From NCBI RefSeq assembly GCF_003334405.1, contig NZ_QOWM01000002.1: a stretch of 64,000 nt of DNA; one strand, given 5' to 3'. Under the pieces are notes generated by a model. That model was not told the origin of the DNA and did no database searches. It worked only from the letters and a program-made list of their open reading frames with translations. The position numbers were made by a program, and so were the translations under genes. The stretch comes from Escherichia coli (GTDB taxonomy: Bacteria > Pseudomonadota > Gammaproteobacteria > Enterobacterales > Enterobacteriaceae). This document shows positions 44,852 through 57,314 of this stretch, piece by piece (position 1 is the first letter of the stretch; every line of letters starts with the position of its first letter).

Positions 44852-45836
44852 AACCGAAGCGAACATCTCGTCCATGCGGTTCATCGAGATCCTGCCACGG
44901 ACCAATTGAAATAATCCCCGTAGGGTTGATGGTCTTATGGCTGCGGAAGTAATGATTACGGATATGATCGAAATTGACTGTTTCGGCGATCCCCGGCATC
45001 TGGTAGATATCGCGCAGAAAACCGTACAGATTCAGGTAATCGCTGATGCGGTGCTTATCACACTTGAAGTGGGTCACATACACCGGATCAAAACGCACCA
45101 GCGTAGTCCACAGGCGAATATCGGCTTCGGTTAGCTGGTTGCCGGTCAGGTAACGATGCTGGCCTAAAATCTGCTCCAGTCGTGCCAGCGATTCAAACAC
45201 TTTCGCCACCGCCTCGTCGTAAGCTTCCTGGCTGGTGGCAAAACCAGCTTTATACACGCCGTTGTTAACGGTGTCATAAATCCAGCCGTTAAGTTCGTCA
45301 ATTTTTGTTTGCAGGGCTGGAGGGTAGTAATCACCCGCTTTCGCGCCCAGCGCATCAAACGCGGTATTGAACATGCGGATGATTTCTGCTGATTCGTTGC
45401 TGACGATGGTGTGGTTCTTTTTGTCCCACAGCACGGGAACAGTAACTCGTCCGCTGTAGTGTGGATCGGCGTGGAGATAAAGCTGATACAGAAATTCATT
45501 TTGATAGAGCGTGTCTCCGGTTGCTCCCGGAAAACTGTCATCAAAGGTCCAACCGTTTTCCAGCATCAGCGGGTTCACTACGGAAACGGAAATAAACGGT
45601 TCCAGTCCTTTGAGTTTGCGCATGATCAGCGTGCGGTGCGCCCACGGGCAGGCGAGTGAAACATAGAGATGATAACGATCTTTCTCTGCGATAAAACCGC
45701 CTGTGCCAGTGGGGCCAGGAGCGCCATCGGCAGTGAGCCAGTTACGAAATGCGGAAGCTGAACGTTGAAATTTACCGCCGGTAGATTTGGTATCGTACCA
45801 GGTGTCATGCCAGACGCCGTCAATCAGTTGACCCAT
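44850..45836 (-). CDS. yqjG: Glutathionyl-hydroquinone reductase (Xi-class GST)
   Basis: Track ORF trimmed to ATG at 45836 (MGQLIDGVWHDTWYDTKSTGGKFQRSASAFRNWL...), 328 aa, contains the CPWA active-site motif. Confidence 0.85.
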   Translation of the reverse strand: MGQLIDGVWHDTWYDTKSTGGKFQRSASAFRNWLTADGAPGPTGTGGFIAEKDRYHLYVSLACPWAHRTLIMRKLKGLEPFISVSVVNPLMLENGWTFDDSFPGATGDTLYQNEFLYQLYLHADPHYSGRVTVPVLWDKKNHTIVSNESAEIIRMFNTAFDALGAKAGDYYPPALQTKIDELNGWIYDTVNNGVYKAGFATSQEAYDEAVAKVFESLARLEQILGQHRYLTGNQLTEADIRLWTTLVRFDPVYVTHFKCDKHRISDYLNLYGFLRDIYQMPGIAETVNFDHIRNHYFRSHKTINPTGIISIGPWQDLDEPHGRDVRFG

Positions 45837-45905
45837 TTTTCTCTCCTCCAATAGCAAAAACGAGGAGCTTCCTCCTCGTTTTTTATCGTTAAGTATAGCG
45901 CGTGC

Positions 45906-46298
45906 TTACCACTTTTTATTCAGCAGGCGGTCGATGCTATACGCGCCCGGACCGGTAATTGCCAGCAGCAGGAATCCGCCAGAAATTGTCAGGTTTTTCA
46001 TGAACATCAGCGAGTTGACGCCTTCAGCAAAGTTGCTGTGAAATAAAAATGCCGTCAGCAGCGTAAAGCCCGCAGTAAACAGGGCTGTGGTGCGAGTCAG
46101 GAAACCGAACAGGATTGCCAGACCACCACCAAACTCAAGCAGAATCACCAGCGGCAGCATAAAACCCGGGACGCCCATTGCTTCCATATATTGTTGGGTA
46201 CCCGCGTAGCCAGTAATTTTTCCCCAGCCAGCGGTAATAAACAGAATCGGCATTAAAATGCGCGCTACCAGTACACCAACATCTTCTAATTTTTTCAT
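45906..46298 (-). CDS. yqjF: DoxX-family inner-membrane protein
   Basis: Track ORF trimmed to ATG at 46298 (MKKLEDVGVLVARILMPILFITAGWGKITGYAG...), 130 aa. Confidence 0.8.
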   Translation of the reverse strand: MKKLEDVGVLVARILMPILFITAGWGKITGYAGTQQYMEAMGVPGFMLPLVILLEFGGGLAILFGFLTRTTALFTAGFTLLTAFLFHSNFAEGVNSLMFMKNLTISGGFLLLAITGPGAYSIDRLLNKKW

Positions 46299-46483
46299 CA
46301 TACTCTCCACTGCGCCACTCAGGCTGCTGATTGTTTTTTTGTGCAATGGCGCGGTATTAGCGTCGTTGCTGTCGATGGAGAGAATCATAAACGTGGTGAA
46401 TGATGATTGTTAGCAAGGAAAACTGTCAAAAATCTTCAAAAAATTTGAGGGATAAGGCCGGAATGGCTCCGGCCAGAGGGAAG

Positions 46484-46783
46484 TTAACCGCGAAGCTGTT
46501 GCTGCTTGAGGGTCGTTTTAACCAGACGCCAGGCGCTCCATACGCCAAAACCGCGTCTGGCCCAGCGGACCAGCATATTAGGATGGCGAATCGTCCAGAT
46601 CGCCATCACGCTACTGCCAACCAGCGCCCAGGAGCGCAGACTTAGCAGCATATTCCAGCGACGATCGTAAGCGCCTGTTGTCTCCAGCCATTCACGACGA
46701 CTGGCGGAAAGATCCAGCCGTTGTTGCTGGATCTGGCTAAGCAGTTGCGCCTTACGTCGTTCACGTTCGACTTTACTGCTCAC
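46484..46783 (-). CDS. yqjK: Small protein YqjK
   Basis: 99-aa ORF, GTG start in the track; overlaps the 3-prime end of yqjE by 11 nt. Confidence 0.65.
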   Translation of the reverse strand: MSSKVERERRKAQLLSQIQQQRLDLSASRREWLETTGAYDRRWNMLLSLRSWALVGSSVMAIWTIRHPNMLVRWARRGFGVWSAWRLVKTTLKQQQLRG

Positions 46784-47177
46784 GGGACTCCTCCTCGAGC
46801 AGCTGCCGATCGTTTGCTAACTCATGGCGTGTATGGCGCAGCAACGTAGACTTACGCGATTTACGTAGCGTCCAGATACCGCCAATCAGTGCCAGTAGCA
46901 GCAACACCACGGTGGTGGCAATCATCGCATTCAGGCGATATTGCGGGTCAACCGCCCAAATAATTAGCACCATCAGGCTCATAAGACCAAATGCAGCGAA
47001 AAGCATCGTCAGGCCCAGCATCAGTAAAAGTTGAAAGAGATTCGCTTTTTCCTCTTCCAGCTCCACCACCGCCAGCCGCAGACGTGTCTCTACCATTTCA
47101 ACCATGATAGAAACAATTCGCTGCCCGATGCCCAGAACGCTTTTACCGGGCCCTTGTGCGTGATGAGTGTCCGCCAT
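46773..47177 (-). CDS. yqjE: Inner-membrane protein YqjE (DUF1469)
   Basis: Track ORF trimmed to ATG at 47177 (MADTHHAQGPGKSVLGIGQRIVSIMVEMVETRLRL...), 134 aa. Confidence 0.8.
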   Translation of the reverse strand: MADTHHAQGPGKSVLGIGQRIVSIMVEMVETRLRLAVVELEEEKANLFQLLLMLGLTMLFAAFGLMSLMVLIIWAVDPQYRLNAMIATTVVLLLLALIGGIWTLRKSRKSTLLRHTRHELANDRQLLEEESREQ

Positions 47178-47179
47178 AA

Positions 47180-47485
47180 TTAACGACGCGACAGCAGAAC
47201 GCCGAGCACTACACCGATTGCAGCGCCAATGCCCACGCCCGTCCACGGATTTTCGCGCACATACTCATCGGCACGCGCCGCCGCGACACGGGTTTGTTTG
47301 GCAATGGCATCACCGGTTTCACCCAGGCGATAACGGCTCTGTTTCAGTGCCTGCTCCGCTTTGCTACGAATCTTACTCAACTCTTCTTTCGACTTCTCGC
47401 CAGATGAGCTAAGCACCTCTTCCAGCGTATCGGAAAGGGATTTCAACTCAGCACGCAGATGTTCCGTAGTGTGTTCTTTCGACAT
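47180..47485 (-). CDS. yqjD: Ribosome-associated membrane-anchored protein YqjD (ElaB paralogue)
   Basis: 101-aa ORF MSKEHTTEHLRAELKSLSDTLEEVLSSSGEKSKEEL... with a C-terminal transmembrane helix. Confidence 0.85.
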   Translation of the reverse strand: MSKEHTTEHLRAELKSLSDTLEEVLSSSGEKSKEELSKIRSKAEQALKQSRYRLGETGDAIAKQTRVAAARADEYVRENPWTGVGIGAAIGVVLGVLLSRR

Positions 47486-47522
47486 AGTTTTCTCCAGGTG
47501 AGTAAGTAGTGACTATTGTGAG

Positions 47523-47891
47523 TTAGTAGTCGCGCGCTTCCAGCTTTTTCAGCTCTTCCTGCGCTTCTGCCAGTTTCCGTTCGCGTTTGGCAATCTTATC
47601 GGCATCGCCTTTTTGCTTCGCCTCGGCTAAATCTTGCTGGCGTTCCGCCACCTCATCTTTCTGCTTTGCGATTTTCTTCTGATGATCGGCACGCAGCTGG
47701 CTATCTGAACAGTTGGCCCGGACTTCACTCAGGGCTTTATTCAGACCGTCAATACGATTCTGGTTTTGGTGTTTTTCGGCATAGCTGATCTCCTTAAGGA
47801 TATTTTGCTCCTTTTCCTGACACAGGGTAGTGGCATAACTACCGGCACTAAGAGCAAAGAGAGAAACAGCTAAAGCGATGCGGTATTTCAT
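47523..47891 (-). CDS. yqjC: Periplasmic protein YqjC (DUF1090)
   Basis: Track ORF trimmed to ATG at 47891 (MKYRIALAVSLFALSAGSYATTLCQEKEQ...), signal peptide plus charged coiled-coil-like body. Confidence 0.8.
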   Translation of the reverse strand: MKYRIALAVSLFALSAGSYATTLCQEKEQNILKEISYAEKHQNQNRIDGLNKALSEVRANCSDSQLRADHQKKIAKQKDEVAERQQDLAEAKQKGDADKIAKRERKLAEAQEELKKLEARDY

Positions 47892-48037
47892 TCTTGAACC
47901 TTCCATTGTGATTCGGACCTATTACAAAGGAACGATTGTCCAGACAACGAAGCGGTAGTGTTAACCACCGCCTCATTAATCATAGACAGTTACGGTGAAA
48001 TCACCAAAGTGAGTGATATGTTTCGGATAACAGGAAG

Positions 48038-48421
48038 TTATCCGAAGCGATGAGAGTTATCCCGTAACCGGGTCAGCCACTGCATAGCCTGACTGTTATT
48101 GTCCTGCTGCGCAATGATGTAGCCATGGGGCAATGTTCTGTCGAGGACCGCTTTTGCGGCGGCGCTCTGGTCGCTGGAGTCAAATGTAATTAACAGAGTG
48201 TCGTTTTTGGGGGTGATACTTTTGAAAGGAATGCCATGAGCGTCAAGGTGATGCCAGATTGAAAAACCGTCTGGCATCGTTGTGCCTTGATGAACGGCAC
48301 GAATCGCCAGCGTAGACTCTTGCTGGCGAACCGCGGACCAGGCCAGCAACAGCGTGCCGACCAGAAGTAAAACAGCGCCGGACCAGGCTAGCTGGCGAAG
48401 CGACATGCGAGGTATTTGCAT
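48038..48421 (-). CDS. mzrA: Modulator of the EnvZ/OmpR two-component system
   Basis: 127-aa [49 protein letters not shown]... Confidence 0.85.
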   Translation of the reverse strand: MQIPRMSLRQLAWSGAVLLLVGTLLLAWSAVRQQESTLAIRAVHQGTTMPDGFSIWHHLDAHGIPFKSITPKNDTLLITFDSSDQSAAAKAVLDRTLPHGYIIAQQDNNSQAMQWLTRLRDNSHRFG

Positions 48422-48424
48422 CCC

Positions 48425-49087
48425 TTACCCCCGATTTCCATATTTCTTTTTCCATAACACGACCAGAGAACCTGCCAGGCCAAACACCAGCAGCACCACC
48501 GGGAGCAGCATCAGGCATGACATCAGCTGGTCCTCGTACTTTAAAAATACCGGCGTTTTGCCGAGCATGTAACCCAGAGTTGTCAGGATCAATACCCACA
48601 GCAGACCGCTCATCCAGTTGAAAAACTGAAAGCGCGCGTTATTCAGCCCTGATAACCCGGCAATCGTCGGCAGCAGTGTTCTGACAAACGCAATAAAGCG
48701 ACCAATTAACAGCGCCGATAAACCGTGTTTATGAAAAAGATGGTGTGCGCGTTGATGATAATGCGCGGGTAAATGAGATAGCCAGTTTTGTACGGTGCGG
48801 GTATTGCCCAGCCATCGCCCCTGAATATAGCTGACCCAGCAGCCGAGGCTGGCGGCAACGGTCAGCAGCAGAATCGTTTGCGGATAGCCCATCGCGCCTT
48901 TCGCAATCAACACGCCGACCAATACCAGTAAACTGTCGCCCGGTAAAAAGGCCGCCGGAAGCAAGCCGTTTTCAAGGAACAAAATTACAAACAAGACAAA
49001 ATACAACATGCCAATCATCGATGGATTGGCCAGGGTTTCAAAATCCTGCGCCCACAGGGCTTGCAGCAATTGGGTCAAAAGTTCCAT
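48425..49087 (-). CDS. yqjA: DedA-family inner-membrane protein
   Basis: 220-aa [61 protein letters not shown]... Confidence 0.85.
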   Translation of the reverse strand: MELLTQLLQALWAQDFETLANPSMIGMLYFVLFVILFLENGLLPAAFLPGDSLLVLVGVLIAKGAMGYPQTILLLTVAASLGCWVSYIQGRWLGNTRTVQNWLSHLPAHYHQRAHHLFHKHGLSALLIGRFIAFVRTLLPTIAGLSGLNNARFQFFNWMSGLLWVLILTTLGYMLGKTPVFLKYEDQLMSCLMLLPVVLLVFGLAGSLVVLWKKKYGNRG

Positions 49088-49431
49088 TCATTATTCCTGG
49101 TGAATCGGTTAACGCCACGCTGGTTTTAAAAGATGCACTACCGCAATGTTATTGCTGTTTTGGTATGTTCTGCGGGTTTGATACATCAACACAGCCTGAA
49201 CTATTCCCTGTTAAATCGTGAGATAAGAAAGCATTCAAAAACATAAATTCAAATTGAATCTAATTGTAACAAAGGTCAACGTTGTTCGTTATCAAAATTA
49301 CATGTCCGTGGAGTCTGATTTTGCTGAATGCAGGGGAGGGTGGCGAGAGGATTTACACAGGCTGACACTTTATACTTTTCGCTTACCGACGAGACAAACA
49401 GGCGCATTGCAGCGCCTGTCGGACAGGAATT

Positions 49432-50208
49432 TCATTTACTGCCGCTGGTGGCTGTATCGAGATGCACCACCGGGTTTTCGGCGAATAGATAGCGGTCGGC
49501 ATTGAACTCGAAGTCGTCGCTGGTTTCGTTAAATAACATGATCTTGGTGTTTTCCAGATGCTGCCACATTGCCAGCTTAGCAGCATGAGGATCTTTGCGA
49601 ATCAGCGCCTTGAGGATTTGATCGTGGTCATCACACCAGTTATCGACGGTACGGGAATCAATGTGTTCGTGCAGTTTTTTCCAGTACGGGTTATGACTAC
49701 GCTGGGTCCACATTTTTTCCACGATAGCCGCCAGGGCGGAGTTCTGCGTCGCCAGAGCGACCTGAATGTGGAACTGCAAATCCCACTCGGAATCACGGAA
49801 GCATTGTTCGCCGCGCGCCTGTTCCTGAATGGCCATCAGTTTCATGATGTCCTGTTTCGTTACCTGAGTTGCCGCGAATTCGGCAATATTACTTTCGATG
49901 AGCTGGCGAGCCTGAAGCAACTCAAACGGACCGTAATTGGCGAATTCCATATTATTGTCAGCCGCCTGCTGATGGCGCGGCTGGTTGGAAACCACATGAA
50001 TACCTGAACCTTTACGCACTTCGACATAGCCTTCAACTTCCAGCATGATGATGGCTTCACGAACTACCGTACGGCTGACGTTCTTTTCATCGGCAATAAA
50101 GCGTTCTGCAGGCAGTTTATCACCCACCAGATAGACGCCCTGTTCGATGCGCTCTTTCAGGTCAGCGGCAAGTTGTTGATACAAACGGCGTGGTTCAGTG
50201 ATTTCCAT
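49432..50208 (-). CDS. exuR: GntR-family repressor of hexuronate utilisation
   Basis: Track ORF trimmed to ATG at 50208 ([53 protein letters not shown]...), 258 aa, GntR HTH plus FCD domain. Confidence 0.9.
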   Translation of the reverse strand: MEITEPRRLYQQLAADLKERIEQGVYLVGDKLPAERFIADEKNVSRTVVREAIIMLEVEGYVEVRKGSGIHVVSNQPRHQQAADNNMEFANYGPFELLQARQLIESNIAEFAATQVTKQDIMKLMAIQEQARGEQCFRDSEWDLQFHIQVALATQNSALAAIVEKMWTQRSHNPYWKKLHEHIDSRTVDNWCDDHDQILKALIRKDPHAAKLAMWQHLENTKIMLFNETSDDFEFNADRYLFAENPVVHLDTATSGSK

Positions 50209-50282
50209 ATGCGCTCCAGGCATGATACGGCAGACTATATTTGTTATACCACTTTTGCGAGTTTAGCTCTACTCGCAGTGAT

Positions 50283-50309
50283 GAAAAAGCCGCCTGAGAA
50301 GGCGGCTTT
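50283..50309 (-). terminator. Intrinsic terminator after exuT
   Basis: gccgcc-tgagaa-ggcggc hairpin with A-run on the plus strand (U-tract on the minus-strand transcript). Confidence 0.7.
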
Positions 50310-50337
50310 GAAGGGAAACTAAAACTTACACGAAACG

Positions 50338-51636
50338 TTAATGTTGCGGTGCGGGATCGTTATGTGTTTCCTGCGCCACCTCAATCGCCGGTTTGTTCTG
50401 CAACACGGTCCAGATAACCAGCGCACCTAACAGGTCGAACACTGCCAGAACTGCGAACAGCGGGCTGAAGCCGATGGTGTCAGCCAGTGCACCGACAACC
50501 AGCGCAAACAGCGTACTTGCCAGCCATGCGGACATCCCGGTTAAACCGTTTGCCGTTGCCACTTCGTTACGACCAAACACATCGGAAGAGAGCGTAATCA
50601 GCGCGCCAGACAGTGCCTGGTGGGCAAAACCACCGATACACAGCAGCATAATTGCGACATACGGGTTGGTGAACAGGCCGATCATACCCGGGCCAATCAT
50701 CAGCACTGCACCCAGCGTTACGACCATCTTACGGGAAACGATCAGGTTCACACCAAACCAACGCTGGAACAGCGGCGGCAGGTAACCACCGAGGATACAA
50801 CCGAGGTCAGCAAACAGCATCGGCATCCAGGCGAACATCGCGATCTCTTTCAGGTTAAAGCCGTAAACTTTAAACATGAACAGCGGGATCCACGCGTTAA
50901 AAGTACCCCAGGCCGGTTCTGCCAGGAAACGCGGCAGCGCGATACCCCAGAACTGACGGTTACGCAGGATCTGACCAACGGACATTTTCTTCGCCGTGCT
51001 CACCTGGTGCTGGGCTTCCTGACCATTAATAATATAGTCGCGTTCTTCATCGGTCAGATGCTTCTGGTCGCGCGGATGTTTATAGAAAATCAGCCATGCC
51101 ATCGCCCAGATAAAGCTCAATGCACCGGAGATGATAAATGCCATCTGCCAGCTGTGCATTACGATTGCCCATACCACCAGCGGCGGCGCAATCATCGCAC
51201 CAATCGAAGAACCTACGTTAAAGTAGCCTACTGCGATGGAACGCTCTTTCGCCGGGAACCATTCGGAGCTGGCTTTCAGACCCGCCGGGATCATCGCTGC
51301 TTCCGCGGCACCGACCGCACCACGAGCAACAGCCAGGCCACCCCAGCTACCTGCCAGCGCGGTTGCACCACAGAACACGGCCCACAGCACAGCAAACATT
51401 GCATAACCGATTTTCGTACCCAGCACATCCAGTACATAACCTGCTACCGGTTGCATGACCGTATAAGCAGCAGAATAGGCTGCGATGATATAGGAATACT
51501 GTTGGGTGGAGATGTTTAACTCTTCCATCAGAGTTGGCGCAGCTGCCGCCACAGTGTTACGCGTCAGGTAACCAAGCACGGTGCCGAGCGTCACCAGTGC
51601 GATCATATACCAACGTAACCCTTTAATTTTACGCAT
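50338..51636 (-). CDS. exuT: MFS hexuronate transporter
   Basis: Track ORF (472 aa) trimmed to ATG at 51636 (MRKIKGLRWYMIALVTLGTVLGYLTRNTVAAAAP...), 432 aa. Confidence 0.9.
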   Translation of the reverse strand: MRKIKGLRWYMIALVTLGTVLGYLTRNTVAAAAPTLMEELNISTQQYSYIIAAYSAAYTVMQPVAGYVLDVLGTKIGYAMFAVLWAVFCGATALAGSWGGLAVARGAVGAAEAAMIPAGLKASSEWFPAKERSIAVGYFNVGSSIGAMIAPPLVVWAIVMHSWQMAFIISGALSFIWAMAWLIFYKHPRDQKHLTDEERDYIINGQEAQHQVSTAKKMSVGQILRNRQFWGIALPRFLAEPAWGTFNAWIPLFMFKVYGFNLKEIAMFAWMPMLFADLGCILGGYLPPLFQRWFGVNLIVSRKMVVTLGAVLMIGPGMIGLFTNPYVAIMLLCIGGFAHQALSGALITLSSDVFGRNEVATANGLTGMSAWLASTLFALVVGALADTIGFSPLFAVLAVFDLLGALVIWTVLQNKPAIEVAQETHNDPAPQH

Positions 51637-52016
51637 GTAAAACCTCATCGTTTTGTTATATCCGCAGGAAGCGCGGCCATCATCCCGCCAGAGGCTGAAG
51701 ATGTTAGTTACGACCGGGTAACCGAAAAAAAACCGGCACGCCCCGAACGTTGCCATGAAAGTTTCGTGCTAATTCGGCTTCCGTACCGGTTAACCCGATT
51801 CATCTAACAAATGAATGAATCGGCAATTTGCATTCCGTCGACTTATGATTTGCGACGGCAGAAAGATAACTTGTCATACAACTTTAAAAGGTGAGAGCCA
51901 TCACAAATGTGGGAATATTTGTAGGGACATTACCTGACGACAGCAAGGCCAGTACTGGCGCGGCCTGCAGCGAGATTTACCACTTTGAGAGTAATTTTTT
52001 TAACTACGTTTATTGA

Positions 52017-53531
<1,515 letters not shown>

Positions 53532-53545
53532 GGTCTGGGGTTGAT

Positions 53546-55033
53546 ATGCAATACATCAAGATCCATGCGCTGGATAACGTCGCGGTCGCTTTAGCAGATT
53601 TGGCTGAAGGCACAGAAGTCAGTGTCGATAACCAGACTGTTACGCTGCGCCAGGATGTTGCTCGTGGACATAAATTTGCGTTAACGGATATCGCAAAAGG
53701 GGCCAATGTCATCAAATATGGCCTGCCGATTGGTTATGCATTGGCGGATATTGCGGCAGGTGTTCACGTTCACGCCCACAATACGCGCACGAATCTGAGC
53801 GATCTGGATCAGTATCGCTATCAACCTGATTTTCAGGATCTGCCTGCGCAAGCGGCAGATCGTGAAGTGCAGATCTATCGTCGCGCTAACGGCGATGTCG
53901 GGGTGCGTAATGAGCTGTGGATCCTGCCAACCGTGGGCTGTGTCAACGGCATCGCGCGGCAGATCCAGAACCGTTTTCTGAAAGAGACCAACAACGCCGA
54001 AGGTACTGACGGCGTGTTCCTCTTCAGCCACACCTACGGCTGCTCACAGCTGGGCGACGATCACATTAATACCCGCACCATGCTGCAAAACATGGTGCGC
54101 CACCCGAACGCAGGCGCAGTGCTGGTGATTGGTCTGGGCTGTGAAAACAACCAGGTTGCCGCATTCCGTGAAACGCTGGGCGATATCGATCCTGAACGCG
54201 TTCATTTCATGATCTGCCAACAGCAGGATGATGAGATCGAAGCCGGAATCGAGCATTTGCATCAGCTGTATAACGTGATGCGCAACGATAAACGCGAGCC
54301 AGGCAAACTCAGCGAACTGAAGTTTGGTCTGGAGTGCGGTGGTTCTGACGGTCTTTCTGGTATTACTGCTAACCCGATGCTGGGGCGTTTCTCTGACTAC
54401 GTGATTGCTAACGGCGGTACTACCGTACTGACCGAAGTGCCGGAGATGTTTGGCGCAGAGCAGTTGCTGATGGACCATTGCCGCGACGAAGCAACGTTTG
54501 AAAAACTGGTCACCATGGTCAACGACTTCAAACAGTACTTTATTGCCCATGATCAGCCGATCTATGAAAACCCATCGCCGGGGAACAAAGCGGGCGGTAT
54601 CACCACGCTGGAAGACAAATCACTTGGCTGTACCCAGAAAGCGGGTTCCAGCGTCGTGGTTGACGTGCTGCGTTACGGCGAGCGTCTGAAAACGCCAGGG
54701 CTGAACTTGTTAAGTGCGCCGGGTAACGATGCCGTAGCGACCAGCGCCCTGGCGGGTGCGGGCTGCCATATGGTGCTGTTCAGTACTGGTCGTGGCACGC
54801 CGTATGGTGGATTTGTGCCGACGGTGAAAATCGCCACCAACAGTGAACTGGCGGCGAAGAAAAAACACTGGATCGACTTTGACGCGGGTCAGTTGATCCA
54901 CGGTAAAGCGATGCCGCAGTTGCTGGAAGAATTTATCGACACCATCGTTGAGTTTGCCAACGGTAAGCAAACCTGTAACGAGCGTAACGACTTCCGCGAA
55001 CTGGCGATCTTCAAAAGCGGCGTAACGCTATAA
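53546..55033 (+). CDS. uxaA: Altronate dehydratase
   Basis: 495-aa ORF MQYIKIHALDNVAVALADLAEGTEVSVDNQTVTLRQDV...; paralogous in architecture to GarD. Confidence 0.95.
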   Translation: MQYIKIHALDNVAVALADLAEGTEVSVDNQTVTLRQDVARGHKFALTDIAKGANVIKYGLPIGYALADIAAGVHVHAHNTRTNLSDLDQYRYQPDFQDLPAQAADREVQIYRRANGDVGVRNELWILPTVGCVNGIARQIQNRFLKETNNAEGTDGVFLFSHTYGCSQLGDDHINTRTMLQNMVRHPNAGAVLVIGLGCENNQVAAFRETLGDIDPERVHFMICQQQDDEIEAGIEHLHQLYNVMRNDKREPGKLSELKFGLECGGSDGLSGITANPMLGRFSDYVIANGGTTVLTEVPEMFGAEQLLMDHCRDEATFEKLVTMVNDFKQYFIAHDQPIYENPSPGNKAGGITTLEDKSLGCTQKAGSSVVVDVLRYGERLKTPGLNLLSAPGNDAVATSALAGAGCHMVLFSTGRGTPYGGFVPTVKIATNSELAAKKKHWIDFDAGQLIHGKAMPQLLEEFIDTIVEFANGKQTCNERNDFRELAIFKSGVTL

Positions 55034-55115
55034 AGTCGAAATGAGTTGTTAATAAAAAACGGCGTTTCATAATGTGAAGCGCCGTTTGCTTTTCCATACC
55101 TGCTAAGGATTTATC

Positions 55116-55667
55116 ATGACCGCGTATTGGCTGGCCCAGGGCGTGGGTGTCATCGCCTTTCTGATTGGTATCACAACATTTTTCAATCGTGACGAACGTC
55201 GCTTCAAAAAGCAGCTTTCGGTCTATAGCGCCGTTATTGGCGTACATTTTTTTCTTCTGGGCACCTATCCCGCTGGTGCCAGTGCCATCCTTAATGCCAT
55301 TCGTACATTGATTACCTTACGCACGCGCAGCTTATGGGTAATGGCGATTTTTATTGTGCTGACTGGCGGAATTGGCCTCGCGAAGTTCCATCATCCTGTC
55401 GAACTATTGCCGGTTATCGGCACGATTGTCAGTACCTGGGCGCTATTCCGCTGTAAAGGGCTGACCATGCGCTGCGTAATGTGGTTTTCAACGTGTTGCT
55501 GGGTGATTCACAACTTCTGGGCGGGGTCGATAGGCGGCACGATGATTGAGGGTAGTTTTCTGCTTATGAATGGCCTGAATATCATTCGTTTCTGGCGGAT
55601 GCAGAAAAGGGGAATTGATCCGTTTAAAGTTGAGAAAACCCCTTCCGCCGTAGACGAAAGGGGTTAA
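55116..55667 (+). CDS. ygjV: Inner-membrane protein YgjV
   Basis: 183-aa hydrophobic ORF MTAYWLAQGVGVIAFLIGITTFFNRDERRFKKQL... Confidence 0.8.
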   Translation: MTAYWLAQGVGVIAFLIGITTFFNRDERRFKKQLSVYSAVIGVHFFLLGTYPAGASAILNAIRTLITLRTRSLWVMAIFIVLTGGIGLAKFHHPVELLPVIGTIVSTWALFRCKGLTMRCVMWFSTCCWVIHNFWAGSIGGTMIEGSFLLMNGLNIIRFWRMQKRGIDPFKVEKTPSAVDERG

Positions 55668-55671
55668 ACAA

Positions 55672-56916
55672 TTAATTACGCAGGGCGCTATTTGCCAGAC
55701 GATCGTCTTCTGCCTGGCAAGCTGCCGCAGTGAACAGCACGTCAGTTGAAGAGTTCAGCGCGGTTTCGCAAGAGTCCTGCAATACGCCGATGATAAAGCC
55801 GACGGCAACCACCTGCATGGCGATATCGTTCGAAATACCGAACATATTACAGGCCAGTGGGATCAGCAGCAGAGACCCCCCCGCCACGCCGGATGCGCCA
55901 CAGGCACACAGAGAAGCCACCACGCTCAACAGCAGCGCCGTGGGCAGATCGACCGGAATACCCAGCGTATTAACCGCAGCCAGCGTCAACACGGTAATAG
56001 TGATTGCTGCGCCCGCCATATTGATGGTGGCTCCCAGCGGAATAGAAACGGAATAGGTATCGCGATCCAGATTCAGCTTTTCACACAGCGCCATATTCAC
56101 CGGAATGTTCGCTGCAGAGCTGCGGGTGAAGAAGGCATACACACCGCTTTCGCGCAGGCACAGCAGCACCAGCGGGAACGGGTTACGACGAATTTTCCAC
56201 CACACCAGCAATGGGTTAACCACCAGCGCCACCAGTAACATACAGCCAACCAGCACGACCAGCAGTTGCGCGTAGCCCCACAGTGTGGAGAAACCGGTGG
56301 TTGCCAGGGTAGAAGAAACCAGCCCAAAAATACCAATCGGTGCGAAGCGAATGACCAGTTTCACCATAAAGGTAACGGCATTCGACATATCGTTAACCAG
56401 GTTTTTGGTGGTCTCGTTACCGTGACGCAGTGCGAAGCCGAGGCCGATCGCCCACACCAGAATCCCGATGTAGTTACCTTTCAGCAGCGCGTCGATGGGG
56501 TTGGAAACCATGCTCATTACCAGCCCGCGCATCACTTCGACAATGCCTGACGGCGGCGAAATATCACCCGCGCTACTGGATAAATGCAGGGTAGAAGGGA
56601 AGGCAAAGCTGAAGACTACTGCGGCCAGAGCAGCAGAGAAGGTGCCCAGTAGATAGAGGAACAAAATAGGGCGGATATTGGTTTTCTGCCCGTGCTGGTG
56701 GTTAGCAATAGATGCCATCACCAGCATCAACACCAGGATGGGGGCAACGGCTTTCAGTGCGCCGACGAACAAAGTACCTAACAGACCAACAGCTTCCGCC
56801 GCGGGTTTTGAGATCCATGCCAGAAGAATCCCCAGAACAAGGCCGACCAGGATTTGTTTTACCAGGCTGCCATGAGCCAGACGCCGGAATAGCCCCGGTG
56901 AACGTTGCGTAGTCAT
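55672..56916 (-). CDS. sstT: Serine/threonine:Na+ symporter
   Basis: 414-aa polytopic [46 protein letters not shown]..., DAACS family; convergent with ygjV (4-nt gap). Confidence 0.9.
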   Translation of the reverse strand: MTTQRSPGLFRRLAHGSLVKQILVGLVLGILLAWISKPAAEAVGLLGTLFVGALKAVAPILVLMLVMASIANHQHGQKTNIRPILFLYLLGTFSAALAAVVFSFAFPSTLHLSSSAGDISPPSGIVEVMRGLVMSMVSNPIDALLKGNYIGILVWAIGLGFALRHGNETTKNLVNDMSNAVTFMVKLVIRFAPIGIFGLVSSTLATTGFSTLWGYAQLLVVLVGCMLLVALVVNPLLVWWKIRRNPFPLVLLCLRESGVYAFFTRSSAANIPVNMALCEKLNLDRDTYSVSIPLGATINMAGAAITITVLTLAAVNTLGIPVDLPTALLLSVVASLCACGASGVAGGSLLLIPLACNMFGISNDIAMQVVAVGFIIGVLQDSCETALNSSTDVLFTAAACQAEDDRLANSALRN

Positions 56917-57160
56917 TTTTCGATCCTTTCATTGTGTTGTCGCACATCCCTGGTGCGTTCTGTCGACGCATCTTTCAGGATGTAACAAAGTGTTTGCAAG
57001 GTCGAGTATAAGGAAAGTTACAGCTTCGGGAAGCGAAAAATGCTGGATTTTAAAGAGAGGTCATATTTTGAAACTTAATGGTTACATTTATTTGACATAA
57101 AAATAAAGCCAACGTGCGGCTTCCAGACTGATGACAACATCAAAAAAGGACTCGGTCAGT

Positions 57161-57265
57161 CCCCTCGCCCCGTTTGGGGAGAGGGTTAGGGTGAGGGGAA
57201 CAGGCCAGCATCGGTGCGAAAAATTACCCTCACCCCGACCCTCTCCCTGGAAGGGAGAGGGAGAA
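57161..57265. repeat. GC-rich nested palindromic intergenic element (box C-like)
   Basis: cccctcgccccgtttggggagagggttagggtgaggggaa ... ccctcaccccgaccctctccctggaagggagaggg: perfect 9-bp stem ccctctccc/gggagaggg with a 5-nt loop, plus gggtgagggg/ccctcacccc pairing. Confidence 0.6.
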
Positions 57266-57314
57266 AACGGTGCTCATGTTAATGACAGGGTACACGGCTT
57301 AGGCAGATTAAAAA

